Below, in pieces: positions 9,740 through 17,184 of a stretch of DNA of 32,000 bases. Positions within the stretch are counted from its first letter, which is position 1. The number at the start of each line of letters is the position of its first letter. The translations under genes were made by a program, and so were the position numbers. A model generated the notes under the pieces. The model made no database searches, had not been told where the DNA came from, and worked only from the letters and a program-made list of their open reading frames with translations. The stretch is from Mycolicibacterium smegmatis (GTDB taxonomy: Bacteria; Actinomycetota; Actinomycetes; Mycobacteriales; Mycobacteriaceae), in the NCBI RefSeq assembly GCF_001457595.1, contig NZ_LN831039.1, positions 5,400,001-5,432,000 on the forward strand. Reading direction: 5' to 3'.

Positions 9740-10118
9740 CGGCACCTCCGCCGGCATGGCTCACACCGGCACTAGATTCCAGGTTCATTCTGCGCCGGGA
9801 ACGGCGCGCTTGAAACGAGTCTAGCGACGAAAATCCGGGTACCCCGATGGCTTGACAGCGAATCCTGCGCGATCGTCGACGGTCTCTCAGAACTCACTTA
9901 AGAAATTCTTCGTTATCCATTCGTTATGTTTTCGGCGCAATACGTTAAATCCGCATTACCAGGGCGGATAACAACATAAGCAACGTTACTTGAAGAGATC
10001 AAGAACACACCCGCTGAGCCCGATTCTTACCCTTCGCGACAAAAGTGAGCGGTAAATCACACCCCGACACGCCAGCAAACTTTCAGCGCCGTCAGGGCCT
10101 GGTCTTCGGGAAACAATG

Positions 10119-10847
10119 TTACGCCTGTGAAAGATGGGTCGGACCATGACAGTTGTTCGCTGCCGTCGTGCCGGTGCACCAACCGCTGCGCGTCACCGGG
10201 CTGACCACCAGGCTGACCTCACACGAGCCGCCCTTCGCGTCGGGGCGCACCGACACAGTGAACCGCCCACCGACAGCGTCGGCATTCATGTCGATCACTT
10301 CCTGGATCAGTCCCTGCTGGACGCCGCGCACCACCTCGGGGGCGTCCACGGCCACCTCGGCCAGCGGACACGTGCAGATCCTGACGGTGGCCGTACCGAA
10401 CGACGTGAAAGTCGACCGGATCTGAAACCCCAGCTCCGTCAGCGTCCCGACGACCATGTCGACCACCGACTCCTCGTCGCGGCGGCGCGCCACCCGCACG
10501 CGGTGCGCGAGATCCGCCCCGACCCGCAGGGCCCGCTGTTCCCGTTCCTCGACCGTGCCGCCGAGGTGACGTGCGAACAGCGCCACGATGTCGGCGTAGT
10601 CGAGCCGCGGCGCGATCTCGTACGTCAGGCGCGGCCGGCCCACTCGCCCCTTGTCGCCGGGACCACCGCGTCGGATCACACCCTGCTCCTCCAGCGTCCC
10701 CAGGTGGAACCGTGCGGTGGTGACGTGGATCTGCAGGGCGTCGGCGATCTGCTGGGCGTCGACGGGACCGTCGGCGCGCCGCACGACCTCGAGTACGCGC
10801 TTGCGCTGCCGGCCCGCCGAGCGGTCTGATGGTGGCGCAGAGGTCAT
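10119..10847 (-). CDS. winged-HTH transcriptional regulator (ArsR/COG2345-like)
   Basis: ATG at 10847 overlaps the upstream methyltransferase TGA (ATGA). RVLEVVRRADGPVDAQQIADALQIHVTTARFHLGTLEEQGVI...GRVGRPRLTYEI is a wHTH; the C-terminal domain carries a CTCPL cysteine motif. The 82-codon upstream extension in the ORF track is rejected. Confidence 0.8.
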   Translation of the reverse strand: MTSAPPSDRSAGRQRKRVLEVVRRADGPVDAQQIADALQIHVTTARFHLGTLEEQGVIRRGGPGDKGRVGRPRLTYEIAPRLDYADIVALFARHLGGTVEEREQRALRVGADLAHRVRVARRRDEESVVDMVVGTLTELGFQIRSTFTSFGTATVRICTCPLAEVAVDAPEVVRGVQQGLIQEVIDMNADAVGGRFTVSVRPDAKGGSCEVSLVVSPVTRSGWCTGTTAANNCHGPTHLSQA

Positions 10848-11653
10848 TTCGATTCCGTGGGCACCACCGCGACGATCGCCACCGCGGTCAGCTCGTCGCG
10901 GTAGCGGTTGAAGGTGCGGCGCATGCCGAGCACGCGCTTGCGGGCCGCGGGGTGCGTGAGCGCGTTGAACACGATCCGCAGCGCACCGAGGAATCCCTCG
11001 TCGGCGACGACGCGCTTGGGCTGCAGCAGGGCCATCGGTGCCAGGTCGACGCTTCTGACCTCGAAGCCGGCGCTCGTGAGCAGGTCGGTCCACTCCGCGA
11101 CGGTCAGCGGCCGGGCGTTGACCTTGATCGCGCGCGCCATCTCCTTGCGGATGTCGTCCTTGATGCCGTCGGAAAGGTCGTCGGGCATCAGGCCGAGTTC
11201 GTGGATCGCGTAGCGGCCGCCGGGGCGCAGCACCCGAAAGGCCTCGTCGACAATCGCTTTCTTGGCCTTCTCGCCCTGCATGGTCAGCATGGCCTCACCC
11301 ACCACGACGTCGGCGGAACCGGTGTCCAACCCGGTTTCGGCGGCGTCGGCGGCCACGAGCCTGCCCCCGCTGGTCGCCACGGCACTCTGCAGCAGGGCCG
11401 AGGTGGTGGAGTTGTCGTCGACACCGACGTAGGACCGCGGTTCGGCGGCCGCGATGTCGACGGCCGTGCGGCCCAGACCGGGTCCGAGTTCGACGACGTC
11501 GGACCCGGTGATGCCGGCGGCGCTCAGCAGTCGCGTCGTCAACTCCACCCCGCCGGGACGCAACACCCGCTTGCCCAACCGTGCGAGCAACCAGTGCCCG
11601 GGCAGGTCGGCATCGGGTCGCTGCGCCAGCGGCAGATCGCTCTTGCTCGTCAT
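10844..11653 (-). CDS. class I SAM-dependent methyltransferase
   Basis: ATG at 11653 overlaps the permease TGA (ATGA). SAM motif I VVELGPGLGRTAV; post-I/II DVVVGEAML and LRPGGRYAIHE. Confidence 0.85.
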   Translation of the reverse strand: MTSKSDLPLAQRPDADLPGHWLLARLGKRVLRPGGVELTTRLLSAAGITGSDVVELGPGLGRTAVDIAAAEPRSYVGVDDNSTTSALLQSAVATSGGRLVAADAAETGLDTGSADVVVGEAMLTMQGEKAKKAIVDEAFRVLRPGGRYAIHELGLMPDDLSDGIKDDIRKEMARAIKVNARPLTVAEWTDLLTSAGFEVRSVDLAPMALLQPKRVVADEGFLGALRIVFNALTHPAARKRVLGMRRTFNRYRDELTAVAIVAVVPTESK

Positions 11654-12429
11654 TTCTCGGCTCCTCTTCTGAATCCCATACTGCACAACAAGACAAGGCC
11701 GAACACACCGCACACATAGACCAGCGCGGCGTCACGTCCCCACGGCGGTTCCAGGACGATGTCCTGGCCGGTGGCGTAGATGCCGTTGAGGAACGGCATG
11801 AACCGCTGCAGCGAGTAACCGCTGGGCAGGTATCCGACCGCGATCTCGACGACGTACACCCAGAACAACAGCAGGCCCACGGCCGCGGCGGGCGTGCGCA
11901 CGGCGACGCCCACGCCGACACCGAGTCCCGCGGCGAAGAACGCGTACACCGGAACCGTCCACATCAGTCGCAGACCGACCGGATCGATCACCAACACCTG
12001 CCCGTACACCAGCGGCGCGACGCGGGGCAGCGCCGTCAGCACGAGCGCCACCAGCACCAGCGACAGCACCGCGCCCAGCAGGCCGTAGAACACCCACTTA
12101 CCGGCCAGCACCGACGGCCGGCGGGGCAGCGCCAACCACACGTATTCGGTTGCCCGGAGGCGTGATTCACTTGCCTGCCCGTAGGCCGCCGCGACGGCGA
12201 CGAGGACGACGGTGACGTTGATGACCCAGTACGCGGCGTTGGTGGTGGGCACCTGCTGGACGTACTGCTGGCCGGGGATGCGCGCGAACCGCTCGGCGAC
12301 ACAGGCGATGAGAATCGTGATCGCGACGGGGATGAGCGCGGCGGCCGGTAGGAGCACCAGCCACAGCGGCCCGCGCCCGCCGGTCCGCACCATCTCCGCG
12401 CGCAGGCTTCGCGTCAGCACGCCGTTCAC
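11650..12429 (-). CDS. ABC-2 type transporter permease
   Basis: 259-aa ORF with about 6 hydrophobic segments. GTG start overlaps the ATPase TGA (GTGA at 12426-12429). Sits directly downstream of an ABC ATPase. Confidence 0.8.
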   Translation of the reverse strand: MNGVLTRSLRAEMVRTGGRGPLWLVLLPAAALIPVAITILIACVAERFARIPGQQYVQQVPTTNAAYWVINVTVVLVAVAAAYGQASESRLRATEYVWLALPRRPSVLAGKWVFYGLLGAVLSLVLVALVLTALPRVAPLVYGQVLVIDPVGLRLMWTVPVYAFFAAGLGVGVGVAVRTPAAAVGLLLFWVYVVEIAVGYLPSGYSLQRFMPFLNGIYATGQDIVLEPPWGRDAALVYVCGVFGLVLLCSMGFRRGAEK

Positions 12430-13133
12430 GCGTCAACCGTTTCCAACAACAGGCTCTCCAGATGGTCACGCGGATCTGCGCCCGCGGGTGTCACGTCGGC
12501 GAGCGCGCCTGCCACCTTCACCTTGCCGCGTTGCAGCACCAGAAGACGGTCGGCGGTCAGCACCACCTCGCCGAGCAGGTGGCTCGCGACCACCACCGTG
12601 CAACCACGTCCGGCCAACCGGTGCAACAGTTCCCGCAACCACACGATGCCGGGCACGTCGAGACCGTTGACCGGTTCGTCGAACACCAGCACCTGCGGGT
12701 CGCCCAGCAGTGCACTGGCGATCGCCAGGCGCTGGCGCGCACCCATCGACAGATTCGCGATCCTCCTGTGCCGCAACTCGTCCAAGCCCACCTCGGCCAG
12801 GACCGCGTCGACGCGCCCGCCGTCGATGCCACCGAGCGCCGCGAGCCATCGCAGGTGCCGTTCGGCGGTGTGTCGCGGGTCCATCGCGTCGGGATCGAAA
12901 TGCACGCCGAGTGTGCGCATCGGGTCGGCATGGTCGCGGATCGGCCTGCCGCACAACGTCACATCGCCACTGTCGGGATGGTCGAGTCCGGCGATGAGGC
13001 GCAACAGCGTGGTCTTGCCCGCGCCGTTGAGACCGAGCAGACCCGTCACTGTCCCCGCCGGGAACGATACCGTGACGTCGTCGACTGCGACGGTGGCGCC
13101 GAACCGCTTGACGAGGCGGGTGATCTCGATCAT
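12426..13133 (-). CDS. ABC transporter ATP-binding protein (exporter type)
   Basis: Starts MIEITRLVKRFG. Walker A GLNGAGKTT, signature LSMGARQRL, Walker B VLVFDEP. ATG at 13133 overlaps the TGA of the upstream secreted-protein gene (ATGA). Confidence 0.9.
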   Translation of the reverse strand: MIEITRLVKRFGATVAVDDVTVSFPAGTVTGLLGLNGAGKTTLLRLIAGLDHPDSGDVTLCGRPIRDHADPMRTLGVHFDPDAMDPRHTAERHLRWLAALGGIDGGRVDAVLAEVGLDELRHRRIANLSMGARQRLAIASALLGDPQVLVFDEPVNGLDVPGIVWLRELLHRLAGRGCTVVVASHLLGEVVLTADRLLVLQRGKVKVAGALADVTPAGADPRDHLESLLLETVDA

Positions 13134-13582
13134 TGGAAGTTGCAGGGAATGGGCAGCCCCAGTGCCGAGATCCCGTTGCACATCGACTTGCTGGCCAACT
13201 TCCACCGGCCGTCGATGAACCGCCACTCGGCGGGCACCACGATCGTCGGAGAACCCTGCCGGTGGCCGTTGATCACGGCCGTGTGGCGGCCTTCTTCGTG
13301 CGTCTCGGGACCGGTCACCTCGACGTATCCGCGCGGGGCGCGCAACACCCCGAGGCGGTAGACCATCTTGGGCACGATCAGCGCGCGCGATCCGCCTTCG
13401 AGCTGGGCGGCCTTGACGTGGTCGGGTGCTTGCGTCGCGACCAGTAGCTGAAGCTGCGAAGTGAGCTCCTCGAGCGTCGGGACTTCATCGGTGATGGCGA
13501 AGTCCTGGGCCTGCGCCGGGGGCGCCGCGGCGCCAGCGACCGCCATCAATACGCCCACGACCAGCGAGAACAGACGCTCCAT
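13130..13582 (-). CDS. secreted protein, MTB12/CFP-2-like (low-molecular-weight antigen family, tentative)
   Basis: ATG at 13582 lies 6 nt after GGGAGG. Signal peptide MERLFSLVVGVLMAVAGAAAPPAQA-QD. PTLEELTSQLQLLV...AAQLEGG and the C-terminal FIDGRWKLASKSMC resemble my recollection of M. tuberculosis Cfp2 (PTAAQLTSLLNSL...SLVEGG...NQGGWMLSRASA). Two C-terminal Cys residues. Confidence 0.65.
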   Translation of the reverse strand: MERLFSLVVGVLMAVAGAAAPPAQAQDFAITDEVPTLEELTSQLQLLVATQAPDHVKAAQLEGGSRALIVPKMVYRLGVLRAPRGYVEVTGPETHEEGRHTAVINGHRQGSPTIVVPAEWRFIDGRWKLASKSMCNGISALGLPIPCNFQ

Positions 13583-13620
13583 CACGCGCCTCCCTAATTA
13601 AGAGGAAAAGTATTCGGCTA

Positions 13621-13649
13621 ACTGTAGAAGTTTGGGTAGCCTAACGCAA
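13621..13649 (-). promoter_or_regulatory. sigma-A-like promoter for the five-gene operon
   Basis: Minus strand reads TTGCGT (13649-13644), a 17-nt spacer, then TACAGT (13626-13621), about 40 nt upstream of the first start codon. The -10 fits the mycobacterial TANNNT pattern. Confidence 0.45.
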
Positions 13650-13665
13650 CCTCTCGTCTCAGTTT

Positions 13666-13726
13666 GCCGAGCGTGCGGTTTCATACGCAACACGCCGCCC
13701 AACGCGGATCAGAACGCACGCTCGGC
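13666..13726. repeat. palindromic repeat element, copy A (partly degenerate)
   Basis: 12-bp outer stem gccgagcgtgcg (13666-13677) / cgcacgctcggc (13715-13726). Positions 13666-13697 match 31/32 the reverse complement of 14723-14754. Overlaps the last codons and stop of the DUF559 gene. Confidence 0.75.
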
Positions 13727-14623
13727 GCGGCCGGGCCCCATCCGGCAACCCCGGGCGAGCAACGCCGCACGCACACGATCGACAACAACCTGCCGCCGCC
13801 CGTGCAGCAGGCCCGCGCTCACGCGGATGACAGTCCACCCGAGGGCTTCGAGCATCGCCTGCCGGTCGATGTCCCAGCTGCGCTGCTCGCTGTCCGTCCA
13901 GTGCTGCGCGCCGTCGAACTCCACCGCCACCCGGTACTCGGGCCATCCCATGTCGAGCCGCGCGAACACCGTCCCCGACGCGTCGGCCACCTCGATCTGC
14001 GTCTCGGGTTCGGGGAAGCCATTGGTCACCAGCATGATTCGCGTCGAAGACTCATATGGTGACTCCGCACCGCCGTCGACGTATTCCAGGATGAGCCGCA
14101 ACCGCCGCACTCCGCGGGCACCTCGATATCCCTCGGCGAGCGCCAGTACCTCCTCGACCTTCACGTGCGTGGCGTTCATGAGCGCGTCGATGCGCTGCAC
14201 GCCGTCGACGAACGGCAGCCGCCGGCCCAGATCGAACGCCGTACGCGCAGGCGTGGTGACCACCATCCCGTCGATCACCTGGGTCTCGCCGTCCGACAAC
14301 GTGTCCGAATGCACCGTCAGCAGGCGGGGCGGCCGACGATTGGTGTGGATCAACTCTGCCGGATCGCGCTGGTCGATCCACTTGCTGCCCAGCATCGCCG
14401 ACGCGGAGAGCCCGGCTGGCACACCGGCCCGCCCTGACCACAGCCACGCCGCACGGGCACGTTGCACCGGTGAGAGTTCCGCCTCGCGCGGCACCCACAC
14501 CCCCGGGTAGACCGCGGTGTGGAATCGCCGCAGTTCGCGGAACGTCAGCGCCCCTGCTTCGAGTGCCTCCACGGCGCGAAACGGCCAGTCGATTGTCTGC
14601 ATGCCCGGACGGTCACAGCCCAC
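13709..14623 (-). CDS. DUF559 (Vsr-like PD-(D/E)xK endonuclease fold) protein with AbiEi-like N-terminal domain
   Basis: 304-aa ORF; start is GTG 14623 or ATG 14602. C-terminal ESPYESSTRIMLVTNGFPEPETQIEV...ARLDMGWPEYRVAVEFDGAQHW...DIDRQAMLEALGWTVIRV is the DUF559 pattern. The N-terminal FRELRRF...YPGVWVP region resembles AbiEi_4-type domains. Confidence 0.8.
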   Translation of the reverse strand: MGCDRPGMQTIDWPFRAVEALEAGALTFRELRRFHTAVYPGVWVPREAELSPVQRARAAWLWSGRAGVPAGLSASAMLGSKWIDQRDPAELIHTNRRPPRLLTVHSDTLSDGETQVIDGMVVTTPARTAFDLGRRLPFVDGVQRIDALMNATHVKVEEVLALAEGYRGARGVRRLRLILEYVDGGAESPYESSTRIMLVTNGFPEPETQIEVADASGTVFARLDMGWPEYRVAVEFDGAQHWTDSEQRSWDIDRQAMLEALGWTVIRVSAGLLHGRRQVVVDRVRAALLARGCRMGPGRAERAF

Positions 14624-14694
14624 CCCGACATCCGGAGAGTGCCAGAGGCGCCTCCAGCGGGGTTATCCACAGCCCCCTCGCCGTCCACAGGGTG

Positions 14695-14754
14695 TCGAGC
14701 GTGCGACCTCATACGCCATCCGCGGCGTGTCGCGTATGAAACCGCACGCTCGGC
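14695..14754. repeat. palindromic repeat element, copy B (near-perfect hairpin)
   Basis: cgagcgtgcg (14696-14705) pairs with cgcacgctcg (14744-14753). After a 3x3 internal loop, tcatacgc (14709-14716) pairs with gcgtatga (14732-14739); 15-nt loop. Lies 5 nt downstream of the amidase stop. Confidence 0.8.
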
Positions 14755-14759
14755 GAAAA

Positions 14760-15587
14760 TCAGAGATCCAGCGCAGCGGCGGTTGCGGGGCCGACGATGC
14801 CGTCGACCTTGAGTCCGGGCGTACGACGCTGGAAGTCGCGGACCGCGGCCTCGGTGAGCGGGCCGAAGATCCCGTCGACGACCAGGTCCGCCCCGAGAGC
14901 GTTGAGGCGACGCTGCAACTCGGCGACCTCGGCACCTTCCATGGGCCGGTAGAGCAGCACGTCGATGTACTCCCCCACCGGGACTCGCGGCCGGGGCGTG
15001 GGCGCGGGTGCCTCCAGAACGCCGATCTGGTTCTGGATGTCGGCACGCAGGATGTCCATGTTGATGGCCCCGGGATCCCACTTACCCTGTGCGCGACCGG
15101 CGTACTCCTTGTGGCCGATCGTGCGCGCCGAGGTCTGCGCGAGCCTGCGGTTGATCGCCGCGCAGCAGCGCACCATCGCGAAATACTGTGCGTCGGGCCA
15201 GTTCTGGCGGTGCGGCGCGGTGGGACTGGTACCGGTGTTCGCGCACTCGATGCCGATCAGGTGCCAGTTGCCCATGTTGGCCGGGATCCACGGGTACATC
15301 CCCACCCCGGCATGCCACGCGACACCCACCGCGACGATCGTGACGGTGCCGTCGCGCGCGATGTGCAGCTGCGACAGCGGACCGGGCAGGTCGGGCCTGC
15401 CGTTGGCGATCGAGGCCGCGGTCGCCGTGTCGGATCCCGTGTGGTGCACCATGACACCACGGATGTCCTTGAAGTCACCGTGTCCACGGGTACGCCAGCC
15501 GGGATACTCGACGAGGTTGACGCCCTCGGCGCGCAGCACGTCCGCGAGCCACACCGGATCGCCGGTCCACGGTCCCGTCTGCGGCAA
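14760..15587 (-). CDS. N-acetylmuramoyl-L-alanine amidase (amidase_2) with C-terminal peptidoglycan-binding domain
   Basis: Motifs GVMVHHTGSD, HLIGIECAN, IGHKEYA...KWDPG. C-terminal PG_binding_1-like GAEVAELQRRLNALGADLVVDGIFGPLTEAAVRDFQRR...VDGIVGPATAAAL. Start is uncertain: TTG at 15587 follows GGGGAGGGGG by 6 nt; GTG at 15665 is the alternative. Confidence 0.8.
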   Translation of the reverse strand: MPQTGPWTGDPVWLADVLRAEGVNLVEYPGWRTRGHGDFKDIRGVMVHHTGSDTATAASIANGRPDLPGPLSQLHIARDGTVTIVAVGVAWHAGVGMYPWIPANMGNWHLIGIECANTGTSPTAPHRQNWPDAQYFAMVRCCAAINRRLAQTSARTIGHKEYAGRAQGKWDPGAINMDILRADIQNQIGVLEAPAPTPRPRVPVGEYIDVLLYRPMEGAEVAELQRRLNALGADLVVDGIFGPLTEAAVRDFQRRTPGLKVDGIVGPATAAALDL

Positions 15588-15667
15588 CGGCAGCCCCCTC
15601 CCCTGCAAAGCCGGTTCACGACCGAGGCTACGCGGGCCGGTGCACTTTCCGCACCGGACGGCCACGG

Positions 15668-16414
15668 ATGTGCGAGCATCTGCGCATGGACCCGCAGGAC
15701 GACCCCGAGGCCCGCATCCGCGACCTCGAACGTTCGCTGGCAGAGCGCGCGAAGGAACTCGGCACCGGAGCCGACGAGGGGCACGCCCCACCGGCCCCGC
15801 CACCGCCGCCACCCACTCAGCCGTGGACCCAGACCTTCGGCACCGCGTATCCGCCGCCGCCACCGGGGCCGCCTGCTCCGTGGCCCGGGTACGCCGAGGA
15901 CTTCCCCGCGCCACCGCGCCAACACGTTCCGGTGGCGCACACCGGACGCATCCTGATGATCCTCGTGGCGGTGGCGGTCTTCCTGATCACCACGGGCATC
16001 GCGGCTTTCCTGATGTTCACCAACACGGTCACCAGCAGCCTGCAGCCCGTCGCGGACAATCCCGCCGGGCGCCCGGCCCTCCCGTACTCACCGCCGTCCA
16101 ACCCGGTCTTCCCCGCGATCGAGACCCCGTCGGTCGCGGGACCTGGCGAGGTGATCAACGTCGCGGGTGCGAGCAACGACCGCGAGGTCACGTGTGACGG
16201 CGGCACGGTGATGGTCAGCGGCGTCGAGAACACCATCACCATCACCGGACACTGTGCGGCCGTCACGATCTCGGGGATCCGCAACGTCATCGAGGTCGAC
16301 GAGGCCGACACCATCGGCGTCTCCGGATTCGAGAATCGCGTGACGTATTCGTCCGGTGAACCCGAGATCACGAAGTCCGGTATGGACAACACGGTCGAGA
16401 GACGCGCGCCTTAA
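15668..16414 (+). CDS. DUF3060-type membrane protein with Pro-rich N-terminal region
   Basis: Coiled/charged N-terminus, [13 protein letters not shown]...[13 protein letters not shown], one TM segment ([23 protein letters not shown]), then repeats [14 protein letters not shown] / [13 protein letters not shown] / [13 protein letters not shown]. The alternative ATG at 15686 is not excluded. Confidence 0.75.
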   Translation: MCEHLRMDPQDDPEARIRDLERSLAERAKELGTGADEGHAPPAPPPPPPTQPWTQTFGTAYPPPPPGPPAPWPGYAEDFPAPPRQHVPVAHTGRILMILVAVAVFLITTGIAAFLMFTNTVTSSLQPVADNPAGRPALPYSPPSNPVFPAIETPSVAGPGEVINVAGASNDREVTCDGGTVMVSGVENTITITGHCAAVTISGIRNVIEVDEADTIGVSGFENRVTYSSGEPEITKSGMDNTVERRAP

Positions 16415-17184
16415 AGAACTTTCGACAGGAAGTCCTGCAGCCGCGGATGTTTGGGGTTGTCGAAGATCTCCGCGGGGGTGTCGTCCTCGACGATGTTGCC
16501 GTCGGCCATGAACATCACGCGCGAGGCGACCTCGCGTGCGAAGCCCATCTCGTGTGTGACGACCACCATCGTCATGCCGCCCTCGGCCAGATCGCGCAGC
16601 ACTTCGAGGACGTCGCCGACCATCTCGGGGTCCAGCGCGCTGGTGGCCTCGTCGAACAGCATGATCGACGGGTTCATGGCCAGCGCCCGCGCGATCGCCA
16701 CACGTTGCTTCTGCCCACCTGACAGCGTGGCCGGTTTGACGTGAGCCTTCTCGGCCAGCCCGACCTGCCCGAGCAGTTCCATCGCGCGTTTCTCGGCCGC
16801 GGGCTTGTCCATCTTCTTGGTGAGCAGGGGTGCCAGCGTGATGTTGTCGATCACCGTCATGTGCGGGAACAGGTTGAAGTGCTGGAACACCATCCCGATG
16901 CGCTGACGGACCTTGTCCAGGTCGACCTTGCGGTCGGTGAGGTCGAACTCGTCGACCACCACCTTGCCGTCGGTGATGTCCTCCAGCTTGTTGAGGCACC
17001 GCAGGAACGTCGATTTCCCCGATCCGGACGGTCCGATGACGCACACCACCTCGCCCTTCTTCACGGTGGTGGTGATGCCGTCGAGCACGACGAGGTCACC
17101 GAAGGCCTTCTTGAGGTTCTCGATGCGGATCTTGACCGTGCCCTCGGGCTCGGCGGCCGCGGATTCCGGTACGAGCTGGGTCAT
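16411..17184 (-). CDS. polar amino-acid ABC transporter ATP-binding protein (GlnQ-like)
   Basis: Walker [10 protein letters not shown], signature [15 protein letters not shown], Walker [16 protein letters not shown] overlaps the upstream gene's TGA (ATGA at 17181-17184). Confidence 0.9.
   Translation of the reverse strand: MTQLVPESAAAEPEGTVKIRIENLKKAFGDLVVLDGITTTVKKGEVVCVIGPSGSGKSTFLRCLNKLEDITDGKVVVDEFDLTDRKVDLDKVRQRIGMVFQHFNLFPHMTVIDNITLAPLLTKKMDKPAAEKRAMELLGQVGLAEKAHVKPATLSGGQKQRVAIARALAMNPSIMLFDEATSALDPEMVGDVLEVLRDLAEGGMTMVVVTHEMGFAREVASRVMFMADGNIVEDDTPAEIFDNPKHPRLQDFLSKVL

Noticed and set aside
9912-9920. TTATCCATT and, on the other strand, TTATCCGCC as DnaA boxes or an oriC-like region.
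   Set aside because: Only 7 of 9 positions match the E. coli box, and they do not match the TTGTCCACA-type mycobacterial box. There is no dnaA/dnaN context. The repeats are more simply explained as regulator sites.
13666-14754. Calling the repeat-bracketed DUF559 unit a classical IS or MITE.
   Set aside because: There is no transposase-family protein and no direct target-site duplication next to the repeats. Both repeats also sit exactly where terminators of minus-strand genes would be expected. It is kept as a finding, not as a mobile_element feature.
14760-15587. Amidase as evidence for a prophage.
   Set aside because: No holin, capsid, tail, terminase, integrase or attachment-site signatures are present within the window. 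Amidase_2 + PG-binding enzymes also occur as chromosomal housekeeping hydrolases.
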